64,000 bases of DNA from Lepidodermella squamata. Lineage: Eukaryota > Animalia > Gastrotricha. Of the stretch, positions 50,989-63,900 are shown piece by piece. The stretch's first letter is position 1. Every line of letters begins with the position of its first letter. Under the pieces are notes generated by a model, which worked only from the letters and a program-made list of their open reading frames with translations, did not search any database and was not told the origin of the DNA. The stretch covers positions 4,898,001 to 4,962,000 of the forward strand of contig JBLDXI010000042.1 of assembly GCA_047495785.1 (NCBI GenBank). Direction: 5' to 3'. The translations under genes were made by a program, and so were the position numbers.

Positions 50989-51127
50989 ACGCTTCAATTT
51001 TTGAAACTTTTTTATTTCAAGGCTTGGGTGGCACATTATACATAGGTATTCATAACATATTTTTTCCGGAGATAAAATAGTTGTTTTTCTAAAAATATGG
51101 GGAGAATACCTGAAATTGGAAATATTT

Positions 51128-51462
51128 TAGCGGAACCAAATATACGGCGAGCGGAACCTAATTTGCTGTAGCGGAACCAAATTAGCATTTTGCGGAACCG
51201 AAGTCGAAATATGTCAAGAGTAATTTCTTGAATAATTCTACGAATTTAAGGTGAAGCGTGAGTTCCGAATTGAACAGTTTGTCTTGAAGAGAATGCTACG
51301 CTGAATTTACTGGTGATTTTTCTAGAATTATTGTGGTCAATCTTGCCCCCCACCCAAGATATTTCCGAAAAAGGATTTCAGGCCACCAGAAAATTGCAAA
51401 ATTTGGTTCTGCTTACAGCAGATTCCGCTACAGCAAATTAGGTTCCGCTCACCGTAAATTTG
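51128..51462. repeat. Degenerate inverted repeat built of GCGGAACCAAAT subunits
   Basis: ccaaatatacggcgagcggaacctaatttgctgtagcggaa (51137-51177) recurs inverted near 51423-51462; a related motif occurs at about 11450. Confidence 0.55.
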
Positions 51463-52487
51463 GCTAAGAGGAAGACCCATACCTGAAACCTTTCGCCACC
51501 ACACTTGAACACACTTGTACCTTGCGATTAAATGCAAACAAATCATTAAAATGGTTAAAATTTGACCTGAAAAAATTAATAAAGCCCAATTAACGTTTTG
51601 ACGCTCATCTAGGAAGACTAGCGAAAATTCCTTGGCCATTGGCCATTCGGGATTAGCTGGAAAAATAAGAAGCACTTGGAAACTATTTGCTAGAAAAAAC
51701 AAGTATTGTTCCTATAAACACTGTGCAATTTTCATAAAATCGATAATTCTCTCGGAATATTTGGAAAATCTGAAAAGTTTTCTAGTTTTAACTCGAACAA
51801 ATACTCGGAAACCAAATTCTTGGGCGTCTCTTTCAATACAATCATCGGCGATATCGGCTTTGGTTCAGTCATCAATTGGAAGAGTCCAAAAGTATCTATA
51901 TTGCCCCATCTAGCTTTGTGAATTGAGGCTAGTTGCAATTTTTGTAAAAATGTTCACGTCGATGTGGAATTTTTTGCCCGAGAGGTGTGTCATAATTTGA
52001 AGGATTTTTTTTATCAAGGGTTTATATCGAGTCCTCGCACCTGATATGTCCAAATTAAGAACCGTTACGGTAATCTGACCTTTTCGATAAGTTCAAAGAT
52101 ATGATTCAGCGCGAAGCAGACCTTTCCTATTTTACATCTTCATGCAGCGTGTCCAGGCTAAAACCAGCAGTGAAATGATCAATACACATTCCACAGCCTG
52201 CGCAATTCGATGAAATGTCCTAGAAAAAGTGTCGCCTAACAAAAACGGGTCGATAGATACTATACAACTAATTTAAACGCACAATAAACATTATTATAGG
52301 CACATCATTTCCAGCCATATCCGATAATCACAGGATAAGTGCAGCTCAGGCTCGAGTTGACGAACACTGAAATTACAACCCACTTGAAAAATGTGTCTCT
52401 AATCGACTTTTTTTTACATCAAAATTGTATGTTGAAATTATTTCAAAACATTACTTAACAGCTTTCTCAAATTGTAGTACCATACAT

Positions 52488-52944
52488 ATGGTTCGCATCT
52501 TTTTCGCATCTATCATAGTCCTATTCGCCGCTACTTCGATAGAGGCACTGGATGGCCGCAGCATTCTTCGCTCCTCCCCCCAACAAAGCAATGTCAATCG
52601 CCCTGGTCGACCTTCGAAAGCTAAGGCGACTGTTATGTTTAAAGATATGGTCTTCAAATTCATCAATACCAACAACGATTGCCCGGTTGGCTTTCCTAAG
52701 GAGCTTTGCAACTTGGTGAGACTAACGCAACATTTGAGATTCGATCCTCTTTAACACATGATTTTTTGAATTGCAGCCCTCTTCGTTTTACTTGTGGCTT
52801 CACAAGTCTAAGAAGCAGCAACAGGAGATGAATCAGCTCATGTTCCAGAAAATGCTGCTTTACATCATTAGCAACGGCCGCGAAGGCATACCCCCTCCGC
52901 CTGGGCTGTTGAATGGTGCTTCAAAAGGAGCCAGGAGCTCTTAA
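52488..52944 (+). CDS. Small secreted protein, C-x8-C-x8-W family member 2, 2 exons
   Basis: Exons 52488-52715 and 52777-52944; MVRIFFASIIVLFAATSIEA signal; CPVGFPKELCNLPSSFYLW. Confidence 0.85.
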
Positions 52945-54300
52945 ACACTGATCTTCAGCCATGCGTGTAGTTTTATCTAGTTGATTTTCCGGAAGAATCA
53001 TAGCATTTCGCTGATGAATAAAAAGATGGAGCCATAAATTGATTCAACATGAGAAGCATTAGCTAGCGTGCCCAAACACAATTAGTTTTAGGTGATAACA
53101 CAAAGGAAAGGCTTTAAGGACATCGCTACTCTATCAATTGACTGCAACCATAATCCTAACACTAGCAGCAGACTTAACCATTTCTGAGCCTTGAGCCTTG
53201 TAAATGAGGGCAAGACCCCGTAAAGAACCACTTTGGGCCCTTCCTTTTACTATACCTCTGGCTTATTCTGGGTCCATGTTCTGCCAAGCAGCCTCTCGAA
53301 AAGACCACAAAAAATGTAGGCGTTTGTACTACAACCAAAGTAATCTCGGTGAACGAGCGGAAGTCTCGGAGCATGTCCGGCTTTCTGGTGTTAATAGCAT
53401 TGCAACTCGAAACCCTTTTATAATAAGATCTCTCACGCCTCTGTCCATTAGTGGTCCTTTTTCTATTCCAGCATAGCCTGATCCGCTCACTATGCCGCCT
53501 CTGATCCGGCATAACATCGGTTTCAAATGTTTCGAGTTGTTTGTCGTTGGAATACCTGGAAATAAGTTCAACAACATCGCGAGTGATTCACGCGGGTTGT
53601 TATTGTTGACGGGAAGTTGCAACACAGACGTATTTACCACTTTTAGCCCCGTCAGCGTGGAAAAACTTCCGGGAGCTGCTGCCCTGGTGAATGATGTCAA
53701 ATTCGGAAAACATCCATAAGCTTTTACGACCGAAGGGAAATGACAGTTACTCCGACAGCTTTCTTGAAACTTGTTACAAGGTTTCCAACCATTCAAACTG
53801 CAAAGGGAAAGCACAAGGTTATCAAATGAGCTTACATTTCAATTTCCTTCGAACAAATGTCATGAAAACGCATGCGAGATCTGCTCTTAAAATAGCTAGA
53901 ATCGGCCAAACTCAATTCTAATTCAACCCCAGCACCAGCAAGGATATCCTCTCAACGAGCATAAAGATGATACGGCGGCCTCCATCTCCAGCTATGAATC
54001 GTCAGATTATGAAATGCATTGCCTTCTGATTTTTATCACTCCGAGCCTTTCATTCAATAAAATCGGGAATTAAAAGGTAATTTTTGCATTCCTATCACCG
54101 AAAAAATCAGTTCGTTGCTCTCAGCTTTTAATTGAGTGAAAAATTGAATCAGCAGCTGGCATCGGGCTGGGGATAAATTTAGGTTGAGTAATTATATTCT
54201 GAGATGTGTATCTTCAGGAATCTGGCGGTTAGCGAAACCTTTAACCGGCTAGTCTTCATTGAGAGCAGAATCGAGGACAGAATCGAGGACGGGAGTTAAC

Positions 54301-54962
54301 ATGCTATGTAAACCATGCTACCTGCTTTTACCCTTCTTACTCAACACATGTGACGCCGGGAAGCTAAGCGAGCATGTTTTTAACAGCGGCCTTCAAGCTT
54401 TGATTTCAAAGCAAGCCAATGATATGATATTAGTTCTCATGAATGGAACTTTCAGCAAGTCCTATTGCTATGAAAATGGGTCGAAAGCAAAACTGCCCTG
54501 GGCTGAGTTACGAGGATGGCTTGCCAAGTTCATTTTCAGCCGTATTATTCAAAAGTTGCACTCGGCTCGTTTGGATCAGTGGTGCCCGCCGAATTATCCT
54601 CAAGACATTTGCAACGACAGAGTTGCTTTTTTTATTTGGACGAAAATTCTACTCGATAAAGCTAGGGACAAGGAGGCTAGTAATAGTAAGTTTCATCGCT
54701 TGTTTCGAATGAACTTTTCAATCTAGTTCTCTATACTACAGTAATAACTAAAGTTCTAACGCAAGTCGCAAAAGAGATCACAGAATTTCGGCAAAAGCAC
54801 AAATTGGTCGAATCAATAATTCCAGGTGGGACAATTCCTTGTTCGCAGGTCGAAACTAACAAGGCAAATCTCGGAAGAAAGCTTCGGCGCCTGATTCTCA
54901 AACCAAACTTGCAACATACAGTGGAGCGTAGTCTCATCCGATCTTTCAGATCTTACGCATAA
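54301..54962 (+). CDS. Small secreted protein, C-x8-C-x8-W family member 3, 2 exons
   Basis: Signal-like MLCKPCYLLLPFLLNTCDA; WCPPNYPQDICNDRVAFFIW; short phase-1 intron 54686-54726, then ILYTTVITKVLTQVAKE. Confidence 0.8.
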
Positions 54963-55153
54963 TTTTCTCAACTCCCCCTTGAAATTGAGAATCATGCATT
55001 CATGTGCAATAAAGCGTGAGATGATTTTATATCCGGTATAATTAAAGCGGAAACGTCCACGTGGGTACATATTTTCAGATTGAAGTTGCGCGCAAACACG
55101 TCCGCTCCTTTTCATTCTCACATACTCCGCTCTTTGAAAACAAAACTCCAGCG

Positions 55154-55882
55154 ATGAAATACTTGAGCCTAGGAGAATTTATCGTTTACTTTCTTGGAAT
55201 TCCAAGCCTTTTCTTGTTAAAAGCTGATTCCAGACTCATTTCACCTCGAGTTGCAGATGCCGTATTGAGATTTTCGGGTACAACTACCTCCGAAACCCCG
55301 GCTCGAAATGCGGCAGATGCGGTCCTTAGATTCCCGAATAACCTAGCGCCGCCAGAAAAGGCAATCTTCCTACCTTTGACCATGTTATACGACAAAATCA
55401 GCCAGCAGATAATCGGCAGCCTGAAAGATCGCATTGAAAAGACGCAAAGTGACGACTGGTGCCCGAGGCACTTCTCAAAAGCCATGTGCGCTAAGCGAAG
55501 TTCATTCTTTCTATGGGTCGGACCTTTGCTCGAGAAAGAGAGACAGAAGGAGCTAAATAACTGTAAGGCGCTACTTGATTAATTACTTGATACTCTAATT
55601 TCTCTCATTTCTCGGACAGTGTTCGGCGAAGTGGTTCAAGAAACTGCTAAAGCCAGGAGTATGCGAGTACAGCTTGAAAAAGAACTTCTAAACAAACCTC
55701 CTCGGAGTTTGGCAGGAATGCTCAGAACTGGAGGTCTTACAAAGCAGGTCAAGCAAGTGGCCACTGAAGTGCCTAAGAAAATCTCAGTAAACCGGAAAAC
55801 CAAAACAGGAATGTCGAATGCTAAACACATCACAACTACGGAATCCGCTTGGTTGGCTGAGCTAACCGCAAATTTTATCTAA
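55154..55882 (+). CDS. Small secreted protein, C-x8-C-x8-W family member 4, 2 exons
   Basis: MKYLSLGEFIVYFLGIPSLFLLKADS signal-like; WCPRHFSKAMCAKRSSFFLW; phase-1 intron 55563-55619 at the same position as in member 3. Confidence 0.8.
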
Positions 55883-56328
55883 TAAGTGGTGAAATATATG
55901 ACGATCTATGACACAGTGATAGATTGTTTGACAATAGGCAGGTCCTACTACTGCTTCGAGACACGGATAGGAATTGAATAAAGTCAGAAGTGAAACCAAG
56001 TAATTATCCTTTCTCCTGAATCCCCCATCTGTAACAGAATGTTTGATTCAGCCTGAAAAAAAACACACGTGTGAACATGACGAATTGCATCACAGGACGC
56101 GTTTCTATGTTTAAAAGCACTTTTCACACTGACTCAAATTCTCACAATGGCTCATTTGCACCACCCACGTCATGCCTAGTGTACGCATACATGTACAGTA
56201 GTAACGCATTTGACTAAAATATATCAAGGGAAAAGAACACTATAGCTTATTTAACTTCAGCCAACATTTCTTCTTAGCATCATCCTTTTTACTGAACGAG
56301 CTAACATTTCCAATTCTCGGTTGGTAGA

Positions 56329-57487
56329 ATGTTAAGAATAAATGTGGGAAATATCATCGGATCTGCACTACTAATATTCGGCTTCTTACCACATGCTTCA
56401 GCGGCCGTCGATTGCAGCCGTGTATCTTCGTGTTTGGTCGATAATTTAGGCACCCTTACTTCATTGCTGAAAGAAGCTCAGTCTCTGCAACAAAGTCCTG
56501 ATAGAAACGACGCAGATGCATCGGATGCTCAGCTGAAAAAGGTAAGGTATCTAATATTCATTCACAGTTGTTGCTAATTTAGTTTTCACAATTCAGATAT
56601 GCTCATCATTCGACCCTATAATAGCTTGCACAGGTCGAGACGCAGCTCGATTATGCGAATTCAAATTTGGGAAACGTGGACAGGTTTTCCGCCTCAGTTA
56701 TCTGGTCATTCTCTGCGATTTCACTGTGAAACTTCGCCAATGTTCCAGCGATTTCAATGACACGTCAGGGTTCACAGTTCCGCCACCAAAGCCTTGCCCA
56801 GGCCAAACTTTACCACCAACTACACCAGCGATACTGACCACGACTCTACCAGGGCAAAAAGCACCGCTAAATCTTTGCTCCCAACAGTTCCCAGACGTTG
56901 AAAACGAAGCGAAGGAGTTTAACAATAGCACAACAACGCCAGCTCAATCACTGGACGACTGCGATGATCCGTACAACTGTGATGACGGATCGGACTCGAA
57001 TGCGTATGAAGTTCACGCGGTTAGGAATTGCACGCGGCTGAAGCAGTACATCGGCTGTTGGTTGTTTTTTGCGAAGACGAAGTGTCAAGGCCGCGCTGAG
57101 GGCATGATTCAGCAGATGTACAACATTTACAACGATCTATCTGGCCGTAAGTGCGACCAAATTTCGCCGGATCTTATCAACTACGGCGATATGGAGTACA
57201 GTTATGTGAGCGAATTTCTGCCGAAGGAGCAGCTATGCCCAACAACTACGCGCCGAACAACGCTTCGCGCCGGGGAGACTGCGGCAAAAACAATGCGCAC
57301 CGAATCTATACCAACTACCGTTGTGAGGCAGTTGCAAAAACAAACCGATGCCTCAAGGCGGCGGAAGGTGACACCTATCTCGCGGCCTGAGGATGAAGAT
57401 GATTACAGCGGTTTCGTACCTTTGTCGCCAACTTTTTGTCTTATGGTTGCCAGCGGCATTATAGCTGCGCTAAACGTGTTGCAATAA
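56329..57487 (+). CDS. Cys-rich secreted, probably GPI-anchored surface protein, 2 exons
   Basis: Exons 56329-56541 and 56597-57487; signal peptide, two Cys-helical regions (ICSSFDPIIAC...LC; NCTRLKQYIGC...KC), Thr/Pro linkers, hydrophobic C-terminus with no cytoplasmic tail. Confidence 0.8.
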
Positions 57488-57983
57488 CAAACTTTTTCAC
57501 AAAGTAAAGCTGATAGCGCATGTTTTGAGAAATCGTCTGATACAAAATAAGATGTTGCCCTATGCCAACAAGAGGAAGAAAATTTAACTGCGCAGTTCGA
57601 CATCAGATTCAAGTTTCGAATCCAAAACTCATGATATTTCCGGAATCGGACAAGAGACGTACGATAGGACGCCGCAGCACGCGGAAAATCAGAAATAATG
57701 CGATTTTTTAATGAGGTGCAGAGTCCAACTTAAGTGTTCACATGGGAAGTTGACTAGATGACGCACTCACCACTCACACCGGTGATCTGGTAAGCAACCG
57801 TTGGTCAACAGTCATGAAATTGCAACTCAAATTTTATTTGTGATGCCACAACCGTCATGCTTTTTCATCAGTTCAGTACGAACGTCATTCATGGCAGCGC
57901 TCGGCGCCGAGCATGATACAATAAATAATTTATCAAATGAAAACCATCACCGGAAAATACTGTTTTTGTTTTCTATATAATGC

Positions 57984-60900
57984 TTAAGCTACCACCGTTT
58001 CCTCCCACTTCGTTTCGATGACTGGGCCTTCTACCACCGTTTCGATGACTGGGCCCTGTTCTACCGTTTCGATGACCGGACCCTGTTCAACCGTTTCGAT
58101 GACTGGGCCCTCTTCGGTCCATTCTTGGTATTGAGTTTCAGAGCTGCCTTCAGACGCAGATCCACTCGAATGGGATGAGCTAGAAGCCGATCTGGATTTC
58201 ACGCGGGATGAGCGAGAAACCGATCTCGACTTTCTGGACTTCACACGGGACGAGCGAGATGCTGATCGGGATTTCACGCGGGATGAGCGGGAAGCTGATC
58301 TAGATCTCACGCGAGATGAGCGAGAAACAGAACGGGATTTCACACGGGATGAGCGAGAAACAGATCTCGATTTTGCGCGGGATGAACTAGATGACTTGCT
58401 CACTTTACGGCCAGAATCGCTCGTAGACTTGCTAGTTCTATGGTGTGTAGTGCGCTTTACAACGCCGGATCTGTGAGAGCTGGAGCTTGCTGAGCCACTG
58501 GAACGCGCTTTCGAGCGCTTGGTTATTTCTCCGCTTGATTCTTTCTCTGAAGATGACGACCGGTTAGAGGATGATAGTACAGACCGGCTATGATTTTCTT
58601 GGTGGGATGAACGATGAATAGAGGGGCGCGGGGTAGATCCTGCCTGGTAGCTGCGCGATGACCTAACACGATGGCTCCTCGATAAACCAGCTGATCGCTT
58701 TCGACGAATTACCCGACGAGAACGGCGGGAACCCTTTTTACGAATCGTAACTCTACGCTTAGCGTGACGCCTTCGCGATCTGCGGACCTTGCGCTTGATC
58801 GTACGCCTGGAGCGGCGCGACTTCGAAGACGAGGTTTTGCTAAGTGATTCTTTACGAGATCTATGTCGGGAGGAAGAACGAGTTAATTTTCCGATGCTAG
58901 ACGTCATATGGTTTCGTTTCGTTGAGTGTTTCGAAGACCGTTTACGACGGATAACACGACGACGGCGCTGCGAATGCCGCGACCGAGAAACAACTTTACG
59001 GCGTGATTGACGACGATGGGAACGACGAACCTTCCGCTTTATAGTACGACGAGACTTACGTGCCGACTTCCTGGACGAGCCATGACGGTGGGTCTTGCGA
59101 GTGACCTTCGTCGAAGAGCGACGATGACGCTTGGTCGAGCGGGTCTTGCGGCTCACCTTCCTGGAAGTGCGGTGACGGCGAGTCGAGCGAGTCTTGCGTT
59201 GGGTACGACGGACCGAGCGCTTGGTGTGCTTGCGGCGATGGACCCTCTTGCTGCGATGATGGCGCTTAACCTTCTTCACAGAGCGACGATGACGCTTGGT
59301 CGAGCGGGTCTTGCGGCTCACCTTCCTGGAAGTGCGGTGACGGCGAGTCGAGCGAGTCTTGCGTTGGGTACGACGGACCGAGCGCTGGGTGTGCTTGCGG
59401 CGATGGACCCTCTTGCTGCGATGATGGCGCTTAACCTTCTTCACAGAGCGACGATGACGCTTGGTCGAGCGGGTCTTGCGGCTCACCTTCCTGGAAGTGC
59501 GGTGACGGCGAGTCGAGCGAGTCTTGCGTTGGGTACGACGGACCGAGCGCTGGGTGTGCTTGCGGCGATGGACCCTCTTGCTGCGATGATGGCGCTTAAC
59601 CTTCTTCACAGAGCGACGATGACGCTTGGTCGAGCGGGTCTTGCGGCTCACCTTCCTGGAAGTGCGGTGACGGCGAGTCGAGCGAGTCTTGCGTTGGGTA
59701 CGACGGACCGAGCGCTTGGTGTGCTTGCGGCGATGGACCCTCTTGCTGCGATGATGGCGCTTAACCTTCTTCACAGAGCGACGATGACGCTTGGTCGAGC
59801 GGGTCTTGCGGCTCACCTTCCTGGAAGTGCGGTGACGGCGAGTCGAGCGAGTCTTGCGTTGGGTACGACGGACCGAGCGCTTGGTGTGCTTGCGGCGATG
59901 GACCCTCTTGCTGCGATGATGGCGCTTAACCTTCTTCACAGAGCGACGATGACGCTTGGTCGAGCGGGTCTTGCGGCTCACCTTCCTGGAAGTGCGGTGA
60001 CGGCGAGTCGAGCGAGTCTTGCGTTGGGTACGACGGACCGAGCGCTGGGTGTGCTTGCGGCGATGGACCCTCTTGCTGCGATGATGGCGCTTAACCTTCT
60101 TCACAGAGCGACGATGACGCTTGGTCGAGCGGGTCTTGCGGCTCACCTTCCTGGAAGTGCGGTGACGGCGAGTCGAGCGAGTCTTGCGTTGGGTACGACG
60201 GACCGAGCGCTTGGTGTGCTTGCGGCGATGGACCCTCTTGCTGCGATGATGGCGCTTAACCTTCTTCACAGAGCGACGATGACGCTTGGTCGAGCGGGTC
60301 TTGCGGCTCACCTTCCTGGAAGTGCGGTGACGGCGAGTCGAGCGAGTCTTGCGTTGGGTACGACGGACCGAGCGCTGGGTGTGCTTGCGGCGATGGACCC
60401 TCTTGCTGCGATGATGGCGCTTAACCTTCTTCACAGAGCGACGATGACGCTTGGTCGAGCGGGTCTTGCGGCTCACCTTCCTGGAAGTGCGGTGACGGCG
60501 AGTCGAGCGAGTCTTGCGTTGGGTACGACGGACCGAGCGCTTGGTGTGCTTGCGGCGATGGACCCTCTTGCTGCGATGATGGCGCTTAACCTTCTTCACA
60601 GAGCGACGATGACGCTTGGTCGAGCGGGTCTTGCGGCTCACCTTCCTGGAAGTGCGGTGACGGCGAGTCGAGCGAGTCTTGCGTTGGGTACGACGGACCG
60701 AGCGCTTGGTGTGCTTGCGGCGATGGACCCTCTTGCTGCGATGATGGCGCTTAACCTTCTTCACAGAGCGACGATGACGCTTGGTCGAGCGGGTCTTGCG
60801 GCTCACCTTCCTGGAAGTGCGGTGACGGCGAGTCGAGCGAGTCTTGCGTTGGGTACGACGGACCGAGCGCTGGGTGTGCTTGCGGCGATGGACCCTCTTG

Positions 60901-63900
60901 CTGCGATGATGGCGCTTAACCTTCTTCACAGAGCGACGATGACGCTTGGTCGAGCGGGTCTTGCGGCTCACCTTCCTGGAAGTGCGGTGACGGCGAGTCG
61001 AGCGAGTCTTGCGTTGGGTACGACGGACCGAGCGCTTGGTGTGCTTGCGGCGATGGACCCTCTTGCTGCGATGATGGCGCTTAACCTTCTTCACAGAGCG
61101 ACGATGACGCTTGGTCGAGCGGGTCTTGCGGCTCACCTTCCTGGAAGTGCGGTGACGGCGAGTCGAGCGAGTCTTGCGTTGGGTACGACGGACCGAGCGC
61201 TGGGTGTGCTTGCGGCGATGGACCCTCTTGCTGCGATGATGGCGCTTAACCTTCTTCACAGAGCGACGATGACGCTTGGTCGAGCGGGTCTTGCGGCTCA
61301 CCTTCCTGGAAGTGCGGTGACGGCGAGTCGAGCGAGTCTTGCGTTGGGTACGACGGACCGAGCGCTTGGTGTGCTTGCGGCGATGGACCCTCTTGCTGCG
61401 ATGATGGCGCTTAACCTTCTTCACAGAGCGACGATGACGCTTGGTCGAGCGGGTCTTGCGGCTCACCTTCCTGGAAGTGCGGTGACGGCGAGTCGAGCGA
61501 GTCTTGCGTTGGGTACGACGGACCGAGCGCTGGGTGTGCTTGCGGCGATGGACCCTCTTGCTGCGATGATGGCGCTTAACCTTCTTCACAGAGCGACGAT
61601 GACGCTTGGTCGAGCGGGTCTTGCGGCTCACCTTCCTGGAAGTGCGGTGACGGCGAGTCGAGCGAGTCTTGCGTTGGGTACGACGGACCGAGCGCTTGGT
61701 GTGCTTGCGGCGATGGACCCTCTTGCTGCGATGATGGCGCTTAACCTTCTTCACAGAGCGACGATGACGCTTGGTCGAGCGGGTCTTGCGGCTCACCTTC
61801 CTGGAAGTGCGGTGACGGCGAGTCGAGCGAGTCTTGCGTTGGGTACGACGGACCGAGCGCTGGGTGTGCTTGCGGCGATGGACCCTCTTGCTGCGATGAT
61901 GGCGCTTAACCTTCTTCACAGAGCGACGATGACGCTTGGTCGAGCGGGTCTTGCGGCTCACCTTCCTGGAAGTGCGGTGACGGCGAGTCGAGCGAGTCTT
62001 GCGTTGGGTACGACGGACCGAGCGCTTGGTGTGCTTGCGGCGATGGACCCTCTTGCTGCGATGATGGCGCTTAACCTTCTTCACAGAGCGACGATGACGC
62101 TTGGTCGAGCGGGTCTTGCGGCTCACCTTCCTGGAAGTGCGGTGACGGCGAGTCGAGCGAGTCTTGCGTTGGGTACGACGGACCGAGCGCTGGGTGTGCT
62201 TGCGGCGATGGACCCTCTTGCTGCGATGATGGCGCTTAACCTTCTTCACAGAGCGACGATGACGCTTGGTCGAGCGGGTCTTGCGGCTCACCTTCCTGGA
62301 AGTGCGGTGACGGCGAGTCGAGCGAGTCTTGCGTTGGGTACGACGGACCGAGCGCTTGGTGTGCTTGCGGCGATGGACCCTCTTGCTGCGATGATGGCGC
62401 TTAACCTTCTTCACAGAGCGACGATGACGCTTGGTCGAGCGGGTCTTGCGGCTCACCTTCCTGGAAGTGCGGTGACGGCGAGTCGAGCGAGTCTTGCGTT
62501 GGGTACGACGGACCGAGCGCTGGGTGTGCTTGCGGCGATGGACCCTCTTGCTGCGATGATGGCGCTTAACCTTCTTCACAGAGCGACGATGACGCTTGGT
62601 CGAGCGGGTCTTGCGGCTCACCTTCCTGGAAGTGCGGTGACGGCGAGTCGAGCGAGTCTTGCGTTGGGTACGACGGACCGAGCGCTTGGTGTGCTTGCGG
62701 CGATGGACCCTCTTGCTGCGATGATGGCGCTTAACCTTCTTCACAGAGCGACGATGACGACGAGTTGTGCTCTTACGCTGGCGACGGGTTACATTCTTCG
62801 AACGAGAGCGGCGGGTCGAGCGCTTGCTGGTGTGCTTGCGTTGAACCTTTCTGCTCTTGCGAGACCTGTGGGTCTTGCGTTGACGGCGGACCGACTTCTT
62901 GGAGCGGGTATGACGAGTGCGCTTGCGTTGGACCTTCCTGCTCTTGCGAGACCTGTGGGTCTTGCGTTGACGGCGGACCGACTTCTTGGAGCGGGTACGA
63001 CGAGTTGTGCTCTTACGCTGGCGACGGGTAACCTTCTTCGAACGAGAGCGGCGGGTCGAGCGCTTGCTGGTGTGCTTGCGTTGAACCTTCCTGCTCTTGC
63101 GAGACCTGTGGGTCTTGCGTTGACGGCGGACCGACTTCTTGGAGCGGGTACGACGAGTGTGCTTGCGTTGGACCTTCCTGCTCTTGCGAGACCTGTGGGT
63201 CTTGCGTTGACGGCGGACCGACTTCTTGGAGCGGGTACGACGAGTTGTGCTCTTACGCTGGCGACGGGTAACCTTCTTCGAACGAGAGCGGCGGGTCGAG
63301 CGCTTGCTGGTGTGCTTGCGTTGAACCTTCCTGCTCTTGCGAGACCTGTGGGTCTTGCGTTGACGGCGGACCGACTTCTTGGAGCGGGTACGACGAGTGT
63401 GCTTGCGTTGGACCTTCCTGCTCTTGCGAGACCTGTGGGTCTTGCGTTGACGGCGGACCGACTTCTTGGAGCGGGTACGACGAGTTGTGCTCTTACGCTG
63501 GCGACGGGTTACCTTCTTCGAACGAGAGCGGCGGGTCGAGCGCTTGCTGGTGTGCTTGCGTTGGACCTTCCTGCTCTTGCGAGACCTGTGGGTCTTGCGT
63601 TGACGGCGGACCGACTTCTTGGAGCGGGTACGACGAGTGCGCTTGCGTTGGACCTTCCTGCTCTTGCGAGACCTGTGGGTCTTGCGTTGACGGCGGACCG
63701 ACTTCTTGGAGCGGGTACGACGAGTTGTGCTCTTACGCTGGCGACGGGTTACCTTCTTCGAACGAGAGCGGCGGGTCGAGCGCTTGCTGGTGTGCTTGCG
63801 TTGAACCTTTCTGCTCTTGCGAGACCTGTGGGTCTTGCGTTGACGGCGGACCGACTTCTTGGAGCGGGTACGACGAGTGCGCTTGCGTTGGACCTTCCTG

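Noticed and set aside
50741-50989. ORF starting MHRPGIEPGPPAWQ
   Set aside because: Antisense of tRNA-Gly.
53174-53990. Possible minus-strand gene or fifth family member between members 2 and 3
   Set aside because: One plausible intron, but no consistent start or signal peptide and no C-x8-C-x8-W motif.
62765-63031. Cys-rich metallothionein-like ORF on the + strand
   Set aside because: Antisense shadow of the repeat protein; broken by TAA in some units.
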